A DNA stretch of 55,879 nucleotides, the filler included, from Dugesia japonica (Eukaryota): NCBI GenBank assembly GCA_001938525.1. It is 5 parts of 5 records of this genome, joined end to end, with 100 filler letters (N's around TTAATTAATTAA, not from the genome) between each part and the next. Parts side by side here need not be neighbours in the genome. Positions count along the whole stretch, not along the records: positions 10,926 to 19,021 come from MQRL01626783.1; positions 19,122 to 28,544 come from MQRL01324795.1; 3 more parts are not named here. One strand, written 5' to 3'. The notes below the pieces were generated by a model, which searched no databases, had not been told where the DNA came from, and saw nothing but the letters and a program-made list of their open reading frames with translations. Below, in pieces: positions 13,158 to 25,571 of the stretch (position 1 is its first letter; every line of letters starts with the position of its first letter). The position numbers were made by a program, and so were the translations under genes.

Positions 13158-13756
13158 ATTTTTAAAGGGTTTTAAATACAAACCATCTCCTTTTACTTTA
13201 ACTTGTATTCCATTTTTAAAGTTTTTAGTAATCATTTTCAATTCTGAATTAGGTAAACTATTTTTAAAATATTTATGAATAGCAGAACCTTGATAAGGTT
13301 TTAAATATAATCCACTTCCAGTTTTATTTTCTTGTGCTTCTTCTTTTTTAATTTTATTTTCTAAATCCATTTTGTCACGAAGTTACCTTCGGTCACGAAT
13401 GTCAATGAGTTCCTTTTTCTGTAATTCAACTAATTCTGTTTCTTTTTGTTTTTAGATTGCATCTCTTGAATTACTAACAGTTGATGCTATTCCAGTCGCA
13501 ATTCCAGCTGATGAAGCTAAACCAGCAATTATAGCTGGTATTGCAGCTAGAAAAGCAAATCCCCCTTCATGTTTTTTCCTAGTTTCTTTTTTATTTCTTC
13601 TTTAACTTGTTTACCAATCCAATAGCTTTTACCATTAATCTTTACAGACTTACTTTTATTTGAATTTATCAAATCAATTAATTCTTGTTCTGTCATTGAA
13701 GACATTTTATTTACTTGTAATTTGAAAAAATAATTCAATTCCTCTTCTCCTTTCAA
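13149..13756 (-). pseudogene. Polinton pX-like precursor, family A copy 2
   Basis: MTEQELIDLINS.K.KSVKI, GG-FAFLAAIPAIIAGLASSAGIATGIASTV, GSGLYLKPYQGS, GDGLYLKPF; frameshifted and carrying a 27-bp insert. Confidence 0.8.
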
Positions 13757-15264
13757 TTTAAGAGGTAGGAAGATTTTAAAGTGGCGGGGGGATTTTTAAA
13801 AGAGGAGAAATCTTAGAGAGTCTTTTAAATTACTCATCTTACGTTTCGAATAAATGATCCATTAAAACTTCAGCTTCTCTATCTAAATAATATTAATTAT
13901 ACTGTTGGGCTAGAACGAGTATAGAATAGCTGTAACTCAAAAGAAAATGTAAAAAATTGAAATTTGAATCAATGGTTAAATAGAGAAACGAAGGAAACTA
14001 TAAATGTGAGAGAGAATGAAAGCCAACTGATGATGATCTGGGTTTCTACTCTTGATTTTCTTTTAATTCGAATGTTTAATGGTCGTAAGATTGTTTTATT
14101 TGATTAATATGTAACGTACACGTACTAGTATTAATTTTATATTAATTACATTATTTAATTTTATTGACTTGGTTATATTTTGATTTTTCATTAATATTTT
14201 AATTTGTTTTTGACTCTATTTAATGTAATTTGTTAATTTGGTAATTTGATGAAAATGCAAAGTATGCTATTAATTAGGACTCATTATGATGGAAACTATT
14301 ATAAGGATTTTAATGATATTTTAATTATGAAGGTTTTATTAATATTGACATCGAATAAAAATTTTCTAAATCATTAATTTGATTATTTAACTGCTATGGA
14401 ATAAGATTTATATCATTAATTATATATATTTTATTAATTGAACTTTAGTACGAGACTTTCATGATTTACGACATTGCTTTGATTTTAATTTTATATCGAA
14501 TTTAATAGTTAATGTTTTCGAATGAATATAACGTATTGGCACCTAAATTGATCACCGATTAAATGAATTAAATGGAATACTTCCTATCGAAAAGGAATTT
14601 TTGGATACAAGGTCTTGAGTATAACTTATAAGATATTTTGTTTATGAACTGGTATTAAATTTTGAGTTTCGATTTAGAAAGATTTGTTAAGGTACAAAGT
14701 TATGAATATTAACAATTTTAGTCAGGACCAGTTTATTAATAACTTTACTTAACTATTATTTTAATTATTATTTCATTATTATTAACTTGTCGATATTTCG
14801 AATAATTATTTATTTAATTTCGGTTATCTGGAATATTTGAATTATTGCTTAAAAAATTAAGTTATTGATACTTCGTATGATAGTTGTGGTTACATAGAAT
14901 GTTTATAGTAAACTTTTTCCTTTTAATTTGTTTGATAAAGAATGCATCTTATAATTTAATATTTTATTCACAATAGTTTGATGCTTATTTTTAATGATAA
15001 TTGTTTGGATCGAAATTTTAAATTGCAGTTTAAATGAATTACGTGACTCAAAATCAAGCCTAAAAATAATAAACGCATAGCGAAGGGGAAGTAGAATTTC
15101 CTGAGAACAATAAGCGATGAAGTTCTCACAGCTGAACTCTAACTCCTGTTTCGCTGGAATAGTAATAATTATATGAGAAATCGATTGTATAGTAAATGAA
15201 TTAAAAATCACTCGTGAACCAATGCAACTGATTATTATTTAAATATGCAATTGTTACGATTTAG

Positions 15265-15736
15265 ATGACGAGAAAAACATCTGCAGCAGAGGCCATGCAA
15301 TCTCTACAAAAATGGTGTTTCACTTCTCCACCTCCCAATCAAATGCCAGTGTTGTATGATTCCTGGAATGAGGCTGGAGCGGATCGAGACCCTTGGTGGA
15401 TATTTGAAGACAGGATAAGGACACAAAACAGAAATCAAGAAGCAAAAGGAGGAAATAATGAGGCTACGAACTCATGTTGAACAGTTAGAGGGGCAGCTCA
15501 ATCATCAGGAAAAGGATCGACAACAACAGAATTCGGTACTAGCTGACTTGTTGTCCCGAACCGTGGAGCATCTAAGACGAGTGCCAGCCATCAAGGATCG
15601 ACATACGGCGCTGGAGAACAATCTACTCTCCCATAATCAGGACAGTAGTAGGATACGTCAACAGATCGAGCGGGACATGCCGGCGCTCACAGATCATTTA
15701 GAGACATTGGAGGAGGTATTAGAATCGGCGGTGTGA
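15265..15736 (+). CDS. Two overlapping ORFs (probably one frameshifted gene) encoding an unknown coiled-coil protein
   Basis: Clearly higher GC than the flanks; heptad-rich second ORF; no recognisable domain. Confidence 0.45.
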
Positions 15737-16020
15737 TTTCCTGTAAATAGATTAATATATTTTATGAATCAATCGTTGTTAACACTTACTGTTGAATCAC
15801 ATAAACGATAAATTATTTGAAATGAAAGAATTAATTAAACGATAAATGATTCCAGATAAAATGTTTGAAACAAGTATGTCGAAGCAGACTCAGACTTGAT
15901 GAAATTAAGAATTCACTAAATAAAGCAGTCTTTGTCAAAGCAACCCCTCGACACTAAAATTATTAAAACTTATATTATATAATTGCCAGTTAAATTAAAA
16001 TACAAATTTCCTGAATTAAT

Positions 16021-16233
16021 TTGTATACAGATATCTCAACCCGAATTACAAAACCCACCAGAGAAGAGTTACTAATCGAACAACAGAGTACTCGAACGGA
16101 AATGAAGAGATTGCGAAAAGAGAATCGCGAGTTGCGAGAGACCGCAGGTGAACTTAAAAAGAAGGTGTCCACATTGAAAGAAAGATTTTTGTTCATTTAT
16201 TTAAATAAGACAATACCTATTAATAACACTTAA
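16021..16233 (+). CDS. Small coiled-coil (bZIP-like) ORF, function unknown
   Basis: EMKRLRKENRELRETAGELKKKVSTLKERF heptads. Confidence 0.35.
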   Translation: MYTDISTRITKPTREELLIEQQSTRTEMKRLRKENRELRETAGELKKKVSTLKERFLFIYLNKTIPINNT

Positions 16234-16949
16234 CTTATAAAATACATACTACAGCTTAACAATAATTCATTTTGTTATTTAAAAAAAATTATTTTATATG
16301 TAAAATAAGTGTTTGCGTATGTATTTATTTATTATTTGACACGTTTTATTATCAAATTTGAAAAATTCTAATTATGAAATATATTATAATCATACACACA
16401 TACTCGTATCTCATTGGATACTTGACAAACTATGATAAAATAGTAATTATTTATCACAATTAAAAAAATATTAATTTAATTGATTGAATTTTGACGGAGC
16501 TAAAAAAGGAAATTAATAATTTTTTTATTTTTTAATATTAATTTTTTATTTTTAGATGAATAACAAATTGTATAAACAATGTGGAAGAAATTTCAATTCA
16601 TCTATGAAAATGTAAATTTATTATTATTAATAACTATTATTTAATTAAATTTCTTTAGAACTTTTTAACAATAGAATATAAATTATATGGAGACAAAGGA
16701 TCAAATGTAGATTCGCGTTAGTTTATTTTTTTGATTTTTTTATGAAAATAAAATAAAAGATTTTAAAATAATATTTTAAAAATATTGTAAGAAATAAAAG
16801 CTATTATTAAGAAGAAGATATGTTTTTTTCCACTTTGATTTATGATTAAAATTTCTATGCTTATGATTATTTAAAGAAAACATCTATGAATTTATTTAAA
16901 GAAAACAATATGCTTTATGAATATTTCAAAGACAACATCTATGCTTTTA

Positions 16950-17090
16950 CAAAAAGTTCCACACTAATGAAATTTTTTCTAAAAGGTTCCATTGTAATGA
17001 ATCTTTTTTGTAAAATGTTCCACTGTAATGAATCTTTTTATAAAAGTTTCACTATAATGAATTATTTTTTTAAAAATGATCTACACTTAT
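16950..17090. repeat. About 30-bp tandem array (AAAAGTTCCACTGTAATGAATCTTTTTT)
   Basis: 4-5 units; same unit at 45453-45600. Confidence 0.8.
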
Positions 17091-17340
17091 AAAATATAAA
17101 AAACATTATTATTGTAAAATTATTTATCATTTATAATATTTAAATGCTATTTATTTTAGGAGCGTGCTAACTATACAAAAACCATGAGACACAATGATGA
17201 TTGTCATAGTATTCTGGAAAAATACTATGGTCAATGGTTTCATGCCGTATGTCCTAATTGTAGGACATTAGGATAAGATAAATATCGAAATTTTTATAAT
17301 ACCCATAAGTACCACCTATCAGGGTTTACTAAAAAAACAA

Positions 17341-17691
17341 CTATTAAAATAAATTATAGATAGTGACTCAAATAGAAATATAGATGTAGCACATAAGAGA
17401 ATTAAGCTAGAAGTTATAACTATTGAATATGAACCAAAAATTATTACAATTAAGGAGGAACCGATAGAAGTTATAACTATAGAAGATAAGCCTGTAGAAG
17501 TTATAATTATTGAAGATGAACCAAAAATCATTACCATTAATGAAGAAACTATCAACATAGTACCAGAAGAAGAAGAAATTAGTAATGAAATAGATATAAC
17601 ATCATAAGATTGGAATAATTTTGAACTAATTGATGAATTAGACGAAGAATTCATTGTTGAAAAAAAATTAATCAAGTTGGTGGCGCATTAA
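17341..17691 (+). pseudogene. Poly-SIM (SUMO-interacting motif) acidic ORF
   Basis: KRIKLEVITIEYEPKIITIKEEPIEVITIEDKPVEVIIIEDEPKIITINEE; two in-frame stops; not in the ORF track on this strand. Confidence 0.55.
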
Positions 17692-18042
17692 ATTCAGGTA
17701 TTAATAAGTATTAATAGGTATATAAATGTACTGAATACATTCAATGTATAGAAGTCTTTGAATGTATGCTGTTAATTGTTTCATTGAGTGCATTGGATTT
17801 ATTGCATGATTTTAATGAATGTATTGATTTTTCATAACTCTAGTAAATTTTTCAGAAAAATAGAGTAAATATTTAGAAATAATTGCCAGATCTCTTGTAA
17901 CTTTTAAGAAACATTTTAAGGACCTCTGGTAACTTTTTTGAAATAATTACCGGATCTCTGAGAAGATAGATAATGGTGCAAGGAAACAACCCCCCAGGGA
18001 AATTTTTTTTTCGGAAGATTTTTTTTTCGACCGTTTTTTTCA

Positions 18043-18200
18043 TTTTTTTGTTTAAATGAGGTGAAATTATTGATTTTTTGTTTAAATTAAGTCAAAGTAA
18101 TTATTTTTGTTTAAATTTAGTGAAATTATTGATTTTTTGTTTAAATTAATCGAAATTAAATGATTGTTTGTTTAAATTTAATGAAATGAATAATTTTTGA
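18043..18200. repeat. About 30-bp tandem array (TTTTTTGTTTAAATT.AGTGAAATTATTGA)
   Basis: 5 units visible. Confidence 0.8.
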
Positions 18201-19021
18201 GTTTCTTCATGGAAAAGTTATTGAAAAGCTTATGTTTCGTTTAATTAAAAAAAAATTATTGAATGTGATTTTCTCTTCAGAAACACATTACGCTTGAGCT
18301 GCGTTTTTTTGTCATGATTTTTGTGCTCTTTTTTTTCTAAGATTTAAGCAATCATAAAATTTTTGATCGGATCAGTTTTTTTATCCTGGGGGGTGTGTAT
18401 TTTTAAATTTTAAATTTTGTATTTTTGGTTGCTAAGGTAGTTTTTAAAAAGTAGGTCAAGTTGAGTTTGTGTGTGTGGTTGTGTGTGTGTGAGAATGGAA
18501 AAAACGAGGAGGAAGAGGAGCTGGAGATCTTTGAAATAATTTTTTTGTAGTTTTAAAGATTTGTTTGTGGTTGGACAAAAATTTAGTCTATATATTGTCT
18601 AAAAGACTTATGAGTTTGGATGGATGGTTTTCGCTACAAGGGTAGTAGCGCGCGGGCACAGTCGTATGAGTTATCGTGGGTTGTTTTTAGGGAGGCTGTA
18701 GGTTTGTATGTGGTTGATGGAATTTGTTGGTTGATGGATTGTTGGAAAGGTAATGTGATGGGAAAGATGGTGGTTGTTAAGTGTGCTTTGATTTTTTATT
18801 TTAAGGGCTTAAATTTGTTTCGTTTATTTTGTAAGTAGTTAAAGTGTGTTAAAAAATTTTCGAGAGGTGGAGGTTAGTATGTGTGGAAAGAAAATTAATT
18901 ATCAGATTTTATAAGATTTATTTGAAATTTTTCTGTTTTGTGCTTAAGAAGTCATAATTTTTTGAAATCTTAATTTTGGTTAAAAATGCTGTATTTTGCT
19001 TAAATTGATGAATTTAATGAA

Positions 19022-19121
19022 NNNNNNNNNNNNNNNNNNNNNNNNNNNNNNNNNNNNNNNNNNNNTTAATTAATTAANNNNNNNNNNNNNNNNNNNNNNN
19101 NNNNNNNNNNNNNNNNNNNNN
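19022..19121. other. Artificial contig linker
   Basis: N44-TTAATTAATTAA-N44. Confidence 0.95.
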
Positions 19122-19184
19122 ATTAGATTTAATAAATAATAATTTACCATGTTTTTCTAATTAAAAATAGCGACAAGCAGCATA

Positions 19185-19720
19185 ATGATGAGTGTAACAA
19201 GTACAACGAATCCAACAAGTACAACGAGCGTAACAGAAGAAGAATTAGAGAAAATAATAAATTCAAGAAAATTTAAATCAGTGAAGATTGATGATAAAAA
19301 TTATTATATCAGTAAAAAAGTGAAAGATGAACTTAAAACAAAGAAATCAGAAGGCAGCAAAGCCCATAAAGAATAATTTGTTTTTCTAGCGGCAATCCTC
19401 GCTATCATAGGGGCTTTAGCCGGCACAGCGGAAATAGCCTCGGAATAGCATCAACAGTTATAAATTCAAGACAAGCGATAAAAGCACACAAAGAAATTGA
19501 ATTAATTGATAAAGCCCATAAAGGAGAAAGCAAAGCTCATAAAGGATCTGGTATTTATTTAACACCTTATCAAAGTTCAGCTATACATAAATATTTAAAG
19601 AATATCACTGATGATCCAAATTTTAAAGAATTAACAAAAAAATTTAAAGGTGAAGTTAAATTAGAAATAGAAGGAGATGGATTATATTTAAATCCTTACA
19701 ACAAAAATAATTTTAGAAAA
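19185..19720 (+). pseudogene. pX-like precursor, family A copy 3
   Basis: TEEELEKIINSRKFKSVKI, FLAAILAIIGALAGTA, GSGIYLTPYQSSAIHKY, GDGLYLNPY. Confidence 0.8.
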
Positions 19721-19746
19721 GTATCCTTATAAAAATTCTTAATGAA

Positions 19747-20620
19747 ATGAATACAAAAGAAGTAGAAAATAGAATTAAAGAATTGAAAGCATTAATTAAA
19801 GGACAAGAAAAATATAATGATTTTTTTACTGGAAATGTTATTGAATCTAGAGAATTACAAAGTGATTTATCTACTTTACAAAAACCAATTATTTCAGCAA
19901 TAGAATATAATAACCTAAATACTACGGAAAATATTTAACCGGAAACAGAAAATATTAAACTGGAAACAGATAAAAAAATCCATTATTAGATAGTAATAAA
20001 ATTAAAATAGATGTAACCCTTAAAGAAGAAAAATTTATCGAATTTTTATTAGATGATAATACAACATCATTTCATCTTAAGGATATGGTATTTAATGAAA
20101 ATAAAACATTATCACCAAGAATAACTCCCATAATAAGCATAAAAGATATTGGGAATGATAAAAAATTTACATTAAATTATAAAGAAAGTCAAGTGAATAT
20201 ATTTTTCTTTAATGTTGATGGGAAACCACATTTTTCAGTTAATGGAAAAATTTATATTTATTCAGAAAAATGTAAGGATATAATTATGGGAAATAATATA
20301 AAAATACGAGATGATGATGATACAAAAAGTTATGTTGAAATATATTTAAATGAGATAATAAAACATAAACCTGTTAATAATCAATAATATAATTTTTTTA
20401 AATCGAAATTAGTAAAAGGCCATAAAGGTAGAGCGAGAAGTTTACCAAAAAGTAAACAAATAAAAGAAGAAGGTATCAATCCTTTAAATTTATTTGAAGA
20501 GTTAACATTATTAATATCAGCAACAAAATTTGAACATGATAATGTAGATGAAGAAATAAAGAGTTTATGTAAAAAAATTAAAAACTATGGGTTTACTATC
20601 TTACATGATTTATGATAAAT
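19747..20620 (+). pseudogene. Family A conserved ORF of unknown function
   Basis: In-register ORF pieces 19747-19938 and 20085-20387, C-terminus NLFEELTLLISATKFEHDNV; homolog at 13010-13157. Confidence 0.6.
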
Positions 20621-20820
20621 ATAAAATTAAATATTTTAAATAAAAACCGCTCATGCATGAGCAACTTATTTTAGATTTTACATTTAGGGACTTAAAATTT
20701 AATATTTTAGATTTTACGGGTCCCTTTGGGCATTTTACATCTGTACACTTAACATTTAAGGACTTATACGGGTCCTTTTGGGTAAAGCTTACTACGTAAG
20801 CTAAAGTTTATTTATAAGAA

Positions 20821-21489
20821 ATGTCACATCAATTTTTAGTAGTTGGTAAAGAACAAGATTTAAAATTTCCTAAAGAATTAGATTCAGAATATAAACTTGG
20901 ATTGATTTGCTTTACATGTTAAAATATTATTTTTAACATTAATAATTTAAATAATAAATTTATCCATAATACTAAAGAAGAAAAGATTGAACCTGGAGCC
21001 TATGAAATAAACGAAATTTCAAGTAGATTAGAAAAATATGGAATAGAAGTTATAGCTGACACCTCAACAACAAAATGTAATTTAAAAACAAAAAACTTAT
21101 TAACTTTTGATGATAAATCTTTCTTTCATAAAATCTTATGTTTTAAAGTAAATATTTATCCACCAGGAAATTATTATTCAGATAATAAAATTGATATTTC
21201 AAATATTAACATGATAAATATTACATGCAATATTGTTAAAGTTAATTATGTAAAATCCTCAAATTCATATGACACTCAACAAATAAATTTATTATATTCA
21301 TTTCCAATTAATACGGTTCGTTTTGGATTTAAAATTATAGAAAGACCATCTGTAACAATTTATTCTAAAATTAATACAAAATATATTGATAGTTTAAAGT
21401 TTAACATTGTAGATGAAAACTTTAACACGATAGATTTTAAACAAGAGATGATTTCAATTTTGGTTCATTTAAGAAAATATAGACACTAA
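20821..21489 (+). pseudogene. Penton / minor capsid protein
   Basis: FPKELDSEYKLGLICF..NIIFNINNLNNKF, IEPGAYEI, INITCNIV, LLYSF, GFKIIERP, DENFNTIDFKQE; one stop. Confidence 0.88.
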
Positions 21490-21576
21490 TATTTTGCGCC
21501 CCGCGGGGCGCATGTTTTAGGTCCCTTTTGGTATTTAACACCTTACATGTCACATTTTATATTTTACACTTAAAAA

Positions 21577-22026
21577 ATGACCTCTTTAAGATTAAACAAG
21601 CCTGCTACGCTAGCATCATTTTTATTAATTGATTTATTAAAGACATTTGGAATTAACACAACAACAAATTTTGATTTATAGTCAATTGCTGACTTTTTAG
21701 AAATGGATTTAGAGATTTATATGAAAAATAAAATACCTAAAATCTTAAACAAAGGTAATTACATTTTTAATTATTAAAATACAAATCGAAAAGGATTTCA
21801 TTGGACAGCCTATGTCAAAGGCACATATTATTTTGATTCTTTTGGTTTAAAACGTTTTGATAAACTGTCTAGAGTTATCACTAAATATAATAAAATTCAA
21901 GTTCAACATTTCGATTTAAAAGTTTATGTGGCGTCTTGTGTATTTATTTTTTATATAAATTTAGAGATAAAACATTTGATGAAATAATAACTGAGATGAA
22001 AAAATTATATGATAATTTAATTATAG
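21577..22026 (+). pseudogene. Adenain-like cysteine protease
   Basis: GFHWTAY..YYFDSFG..YNKIQVQ..LCGVLCIYFL (His/Asp/Gln/Cys set). Confidence 0.9.
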
Positions 22027-22029
22027 AAA

Positions 22030-23190
22030 ATGAATAAGTTTGGTGAAAGTTTATTTGGTGTAAATAATTCACAATTAATTAAACATGTTGATGCTAAAAT
22101 TAGAATATCAAATGCGGAAAATGAAAATAAATATGTAANNNAAACAGGTGACACAATAACATCTTTAAAAATAAAAGATGGCCCTAAAGATTTAACAGAT
22201 GTAGTTAATTTAAAATATTTCAATAAGTTAAAAGAACAAGTTGAAAGGCATTAATTAATTTTCACAAAACATTTGAAAATTGATATTTACACATCTAATA
22301 AAATTCATTTACAATGTAGAGTAGATGAATTGAAAAAATTTTTTATTATTTAATTTAGAAAATAAAGATATTATTGTTGAACTTAAAAGTATAAATGATA
22401 AAATTAATAATCTAACAAAAACATGTAATTTAAAAGAAGTTGAAAAACGAGTATTATTATTAGAAAATAAAATTTATGGTTTAATCTCAAGTATTATAAC
22501 TGAAAAAAATAATAAACAAGAAAAAATTAAAGATATTAAATCACATCTTAAAAACCAAGAAAAAATAGATTATCCTTTTCTTTCTTTAGTTATTGAATTT
22601 GAAAATATAAAGAATGTTCTTCATGAATTAGATCTTGATTTAATTAATAGTTTAATGATAGAATATAAACAAAATAAAAAACCTCAAACATTAAATAGTT
22701 TAAGAAAAAGAATTTATAATTATTAACCATATAAAGACCCGATAGTTTTATTCCCTGAACTTTGTCAAAAACGAAGTATTGATGTAAATCCGATTACTGC
22801 ATTAGTTGTCTTAATAAAAATGATAAACTTCCATATGTAACATTTGAAAAATATAGAGATAATTATACTATAAAGAAATATGAAATTAAAAGAAAAGGAA
22901 GATGGGAAACCATAAATGAATTTTTATATTGTTATCTTGAAGAACCTTTAGAAATTAGTTTTACAGGAGAATTTCATTATTTTTAAAAATTTTTATTTTT
23001 AGGATATACTGCACTTAAATCTTTTGAAATTATTATATTAGTTGATAAAAGAAAAGTTATTATTCCTCAATCTTCTATAATTAGATATAAAAATAAATTC
23101 AAAATTCAATTAGTTAGTGCCGAAAATCATGCTTTACCAGTAAATCTTTTTGAAATGATTTTCCCTAAAAAATATTTACATTTCTAAAAT
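22030..23190 (+). pseudogene. Fibre/spike-like protein
   Basis: KYV..TGDTITSL..GPKDLTDVVNLKY neck motif, coiled coil, then beta-rich fragments; several stops. Confidence 0.5.
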
Positions 23191-23298
23191 GTTTGTTTCA
23201 TTTATAAAAATAATGCTTAATTATTATAATTTTACTTCTTTACAAAATGAGCTACTATTAAAAAAAATAAAAGTAGTTTAAATTTTATTTATAGAAAA

Positions 23299-23910
23299 AT
23301 GGAAAGTGAAAAAAGTATTTATCCTAGTTTAGATGAGTATACTATTTTAGATTTAAAAAATAAACTGTCAATGTCTAGAATTAGAGATTTTGAAAATGAT
23401 CTTTACTTTATAAACGATAAAATAAAACATTATAAAAAAATCATAGAATATGGGAAAAGATTGATTCATCAATAAAATATACACAAATATTTGTTAGTGC
23501 TGGCATTGGAATTGGAGGTGTAATTTTGATTACGCCAATTGGCGCCGCTGTTGCCACCATAGGCGTTTCGGTTATTACAGGCGCAATTTCAGTATTACCT
23601 ATAATCGGTACATTAAATTTGACATTAATAAAATCAAGAAAAGAAAGATATAAAAAATTAATTCAGAAACTTGAAGCTGTTAAAAATAAATTATTTTTAT
23701 TTCAACAGAAAGCTTTTAATGATGAAATTTTAACTGATGATGAATTAACAATAAGTAATAATATGGTAAATGAAGTTCATGAAATAATATCGGCAACAAA
23801 AAAACAAGAAAAAATAGTGATGATGTTAATTTAAAAATGTTAGTTGAAAATCAAACTAAAGTTATTAATGAAATGAAATCAAAATTAGGAATGTTAAATT
23901 ATACCAATAG
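23299..23910 (+). pseudogene. Polinton membrane protein with N-terminal YPxL motif
   Basis: MESEKSIYPSL..., two hydrophobic Gly/Ala-rich helices, then KAFNDEILTDDE; one frameshift. Confidence 0.6.
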
Positions 23911-23975
23911 AGATTAACCATGTTCCGACCAGAATAATTTTGTTCCAATGATTAAATTGTTTTTATAATAAAAGT

Positions 23976-24836
23976 ATGAATTATTCTAAATGGTGTAATA
24001 TAGGTCTTAAATATGATTACTTTAATCAACGAAAAAAAGTTAAAGCAGAAAATAAAATACTAACAGCAATACCAAGAGAATGTAAAAGAATAGTACCAAA
24101 AGAAGCTTCAACATCAAATTATATTGGTGAAACTATTGTAACAACTGAAACAGAATTTAATAAAATAAAAAAAATAATAAAAGAAAATGGAATGTAAGGT
24201 AAAATTAAAATAAGTTATTTACATGATAAGAATAATCCACCAACTTCACCAAGAAGAAAATTAATAATACCAAATGAAAATGAAATTCTTGTAAAAAATG
24301 AAGACCAATATATTAAACATCAGAAAACTTTAAAAGAAAATCATCTAGAAAAAAAATTATACATTTAAATATATTAAAGATAAAGAAAAAGAAAATGAAA
24401 TCAAAGCTATAAAAAAAGTTTTTTAAATTCACTACAAAATGAAAATAATTTATTAGCAATAACTAATTCTGAAAGTGATGATGATGATTATGATGAAGAG
24501 TTAAAAGAAATAAATTGTAATGCTAGAGAAACATATTTTCAATTAATGAAGTGTTATGTATTCACTTTAAATAATAGTGCTGTATTGGGTAGAATATTAG
24601 AAAAAATGAAAAGTAAATTTAAAACTAATAAAGAATTTGAAGATAATTTAAAAAATCTTCATATAAAATATAAAATAAATTATGTTAATAAAATAATAAA
24701 GTTTAATAAATTAGTAAAAGAATATCCACAAATTTTAAAATCGAATTGGCCATTTACTAAAATTCAAAATAATTATCCAGAAATAAAAAGTATTCTACCA
24801 AGTGAATTTCCTACTACACTAAAACAAATCATCTAA
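23976..24836 (+). pseudogene. Family A ORF of unknown function
   Basis: ORF pieces 23976-24197 and 24546-24836 with coding-like sequence between them. Confidence 0.45.
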
Positions 24837-25571
24837 CATTTCATCACTTTCTTTATTCAGGTAAAAATAATTATATTTAGTTTTCCAATGATAATTGACC
24901 TCATAATAATATTCTGATTTGTTAGTAAAAATATTAGAAAACAATTCATGATAAACATTATTCCTATCTGTTTTATTTAATTTAAAATAGATGTAACAAT
25001 TTGAATTGTTCCTTATAGAATTTTTATCCAGATAATAATATGTTTGGGAAATATAAATTACATTACAATTTGAATGTCTCCCACAGGTGAAATAACTTTT
25101 TTGAATTCCTTGATTCTTTTCATTAACTACATCATCGAATATTATTAAATTTTTCTTTTCTTTTGAAAGTCTATCACATGAAATTATTTCATTAGGTTTA
25201 TTACTTAATGTTACAATTATACTTCTAGGTTTTTTAATTAGTAATTTTTTCTCTAGATAATATTGTAAAACTTGATATGGTGTAATACAAATATTTGGAA
25301 CAATATTTAGATTTTCAAACATTAAGATAATTTCTTGTTTAGTTAAACCATTTTCAAAACCAACGTAAAGTAATTGAATTTCAAATTGATTGATTGTTGT
25401 TGAATAAAAAATTAAAACATCATTATCTAAAAATTCAGGTGTCAATAACATTTTCATTAATAAAGCAATTTTCCCACAACCTGAAGATCCTATCATTAAA
25501 AGTCTAAAATTATTTGTTAATACTTTATTATTAAAAGTTGTTATATTCTTATTCCAGATTAGATTTGGCAC
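24819..25571 (-). CDS. A32/FtsK-like genome packaging ATPase (family A)
   Basis: Walker A GSSGCGK, Walker B LIIFDD, GRHSNCNVIYISQTYY..SIRNN. Confidence 0.93.
   Translation of the reverse strand: MPNLIWNKNITTFNNKVLTNNFRLLMIGSSGCGKIALLMKMLLTPEFLDNDVLIFYSTTINQFEIQLLYVGFENGLTKQEIILMFENLNIVPNICITPYQVLQYYLEKKLLIKKPRSIIVTLSNKPNEIISCDRLSKEKKNLIIFDDVVNEKNQGIQKSYFTCGRHSNCNVIYISQTYYYLDKNSIRNNSNCYIYFKLNKTDRNNVYHELFSNIFTNKSEYYYEVNYHWKTKYNYFYLNKESDEMLDDLF

Noticed and set aside
17184-17276. Complete RING domain
   Set aside because: Only a partial Cys/His set with non-RING spacing is visible; kept as an unassigned cluster.
17319-17675. Ser/Ile-rich hydrophobic minus-strand ORF
   Set aside because: Antisense of the acidic SIM-repeat frame.
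18620-18838. 72-aa ORF in GT-skewed DNA
   Set aside because: Low-complexity non-coding composition and no recognisable motif.
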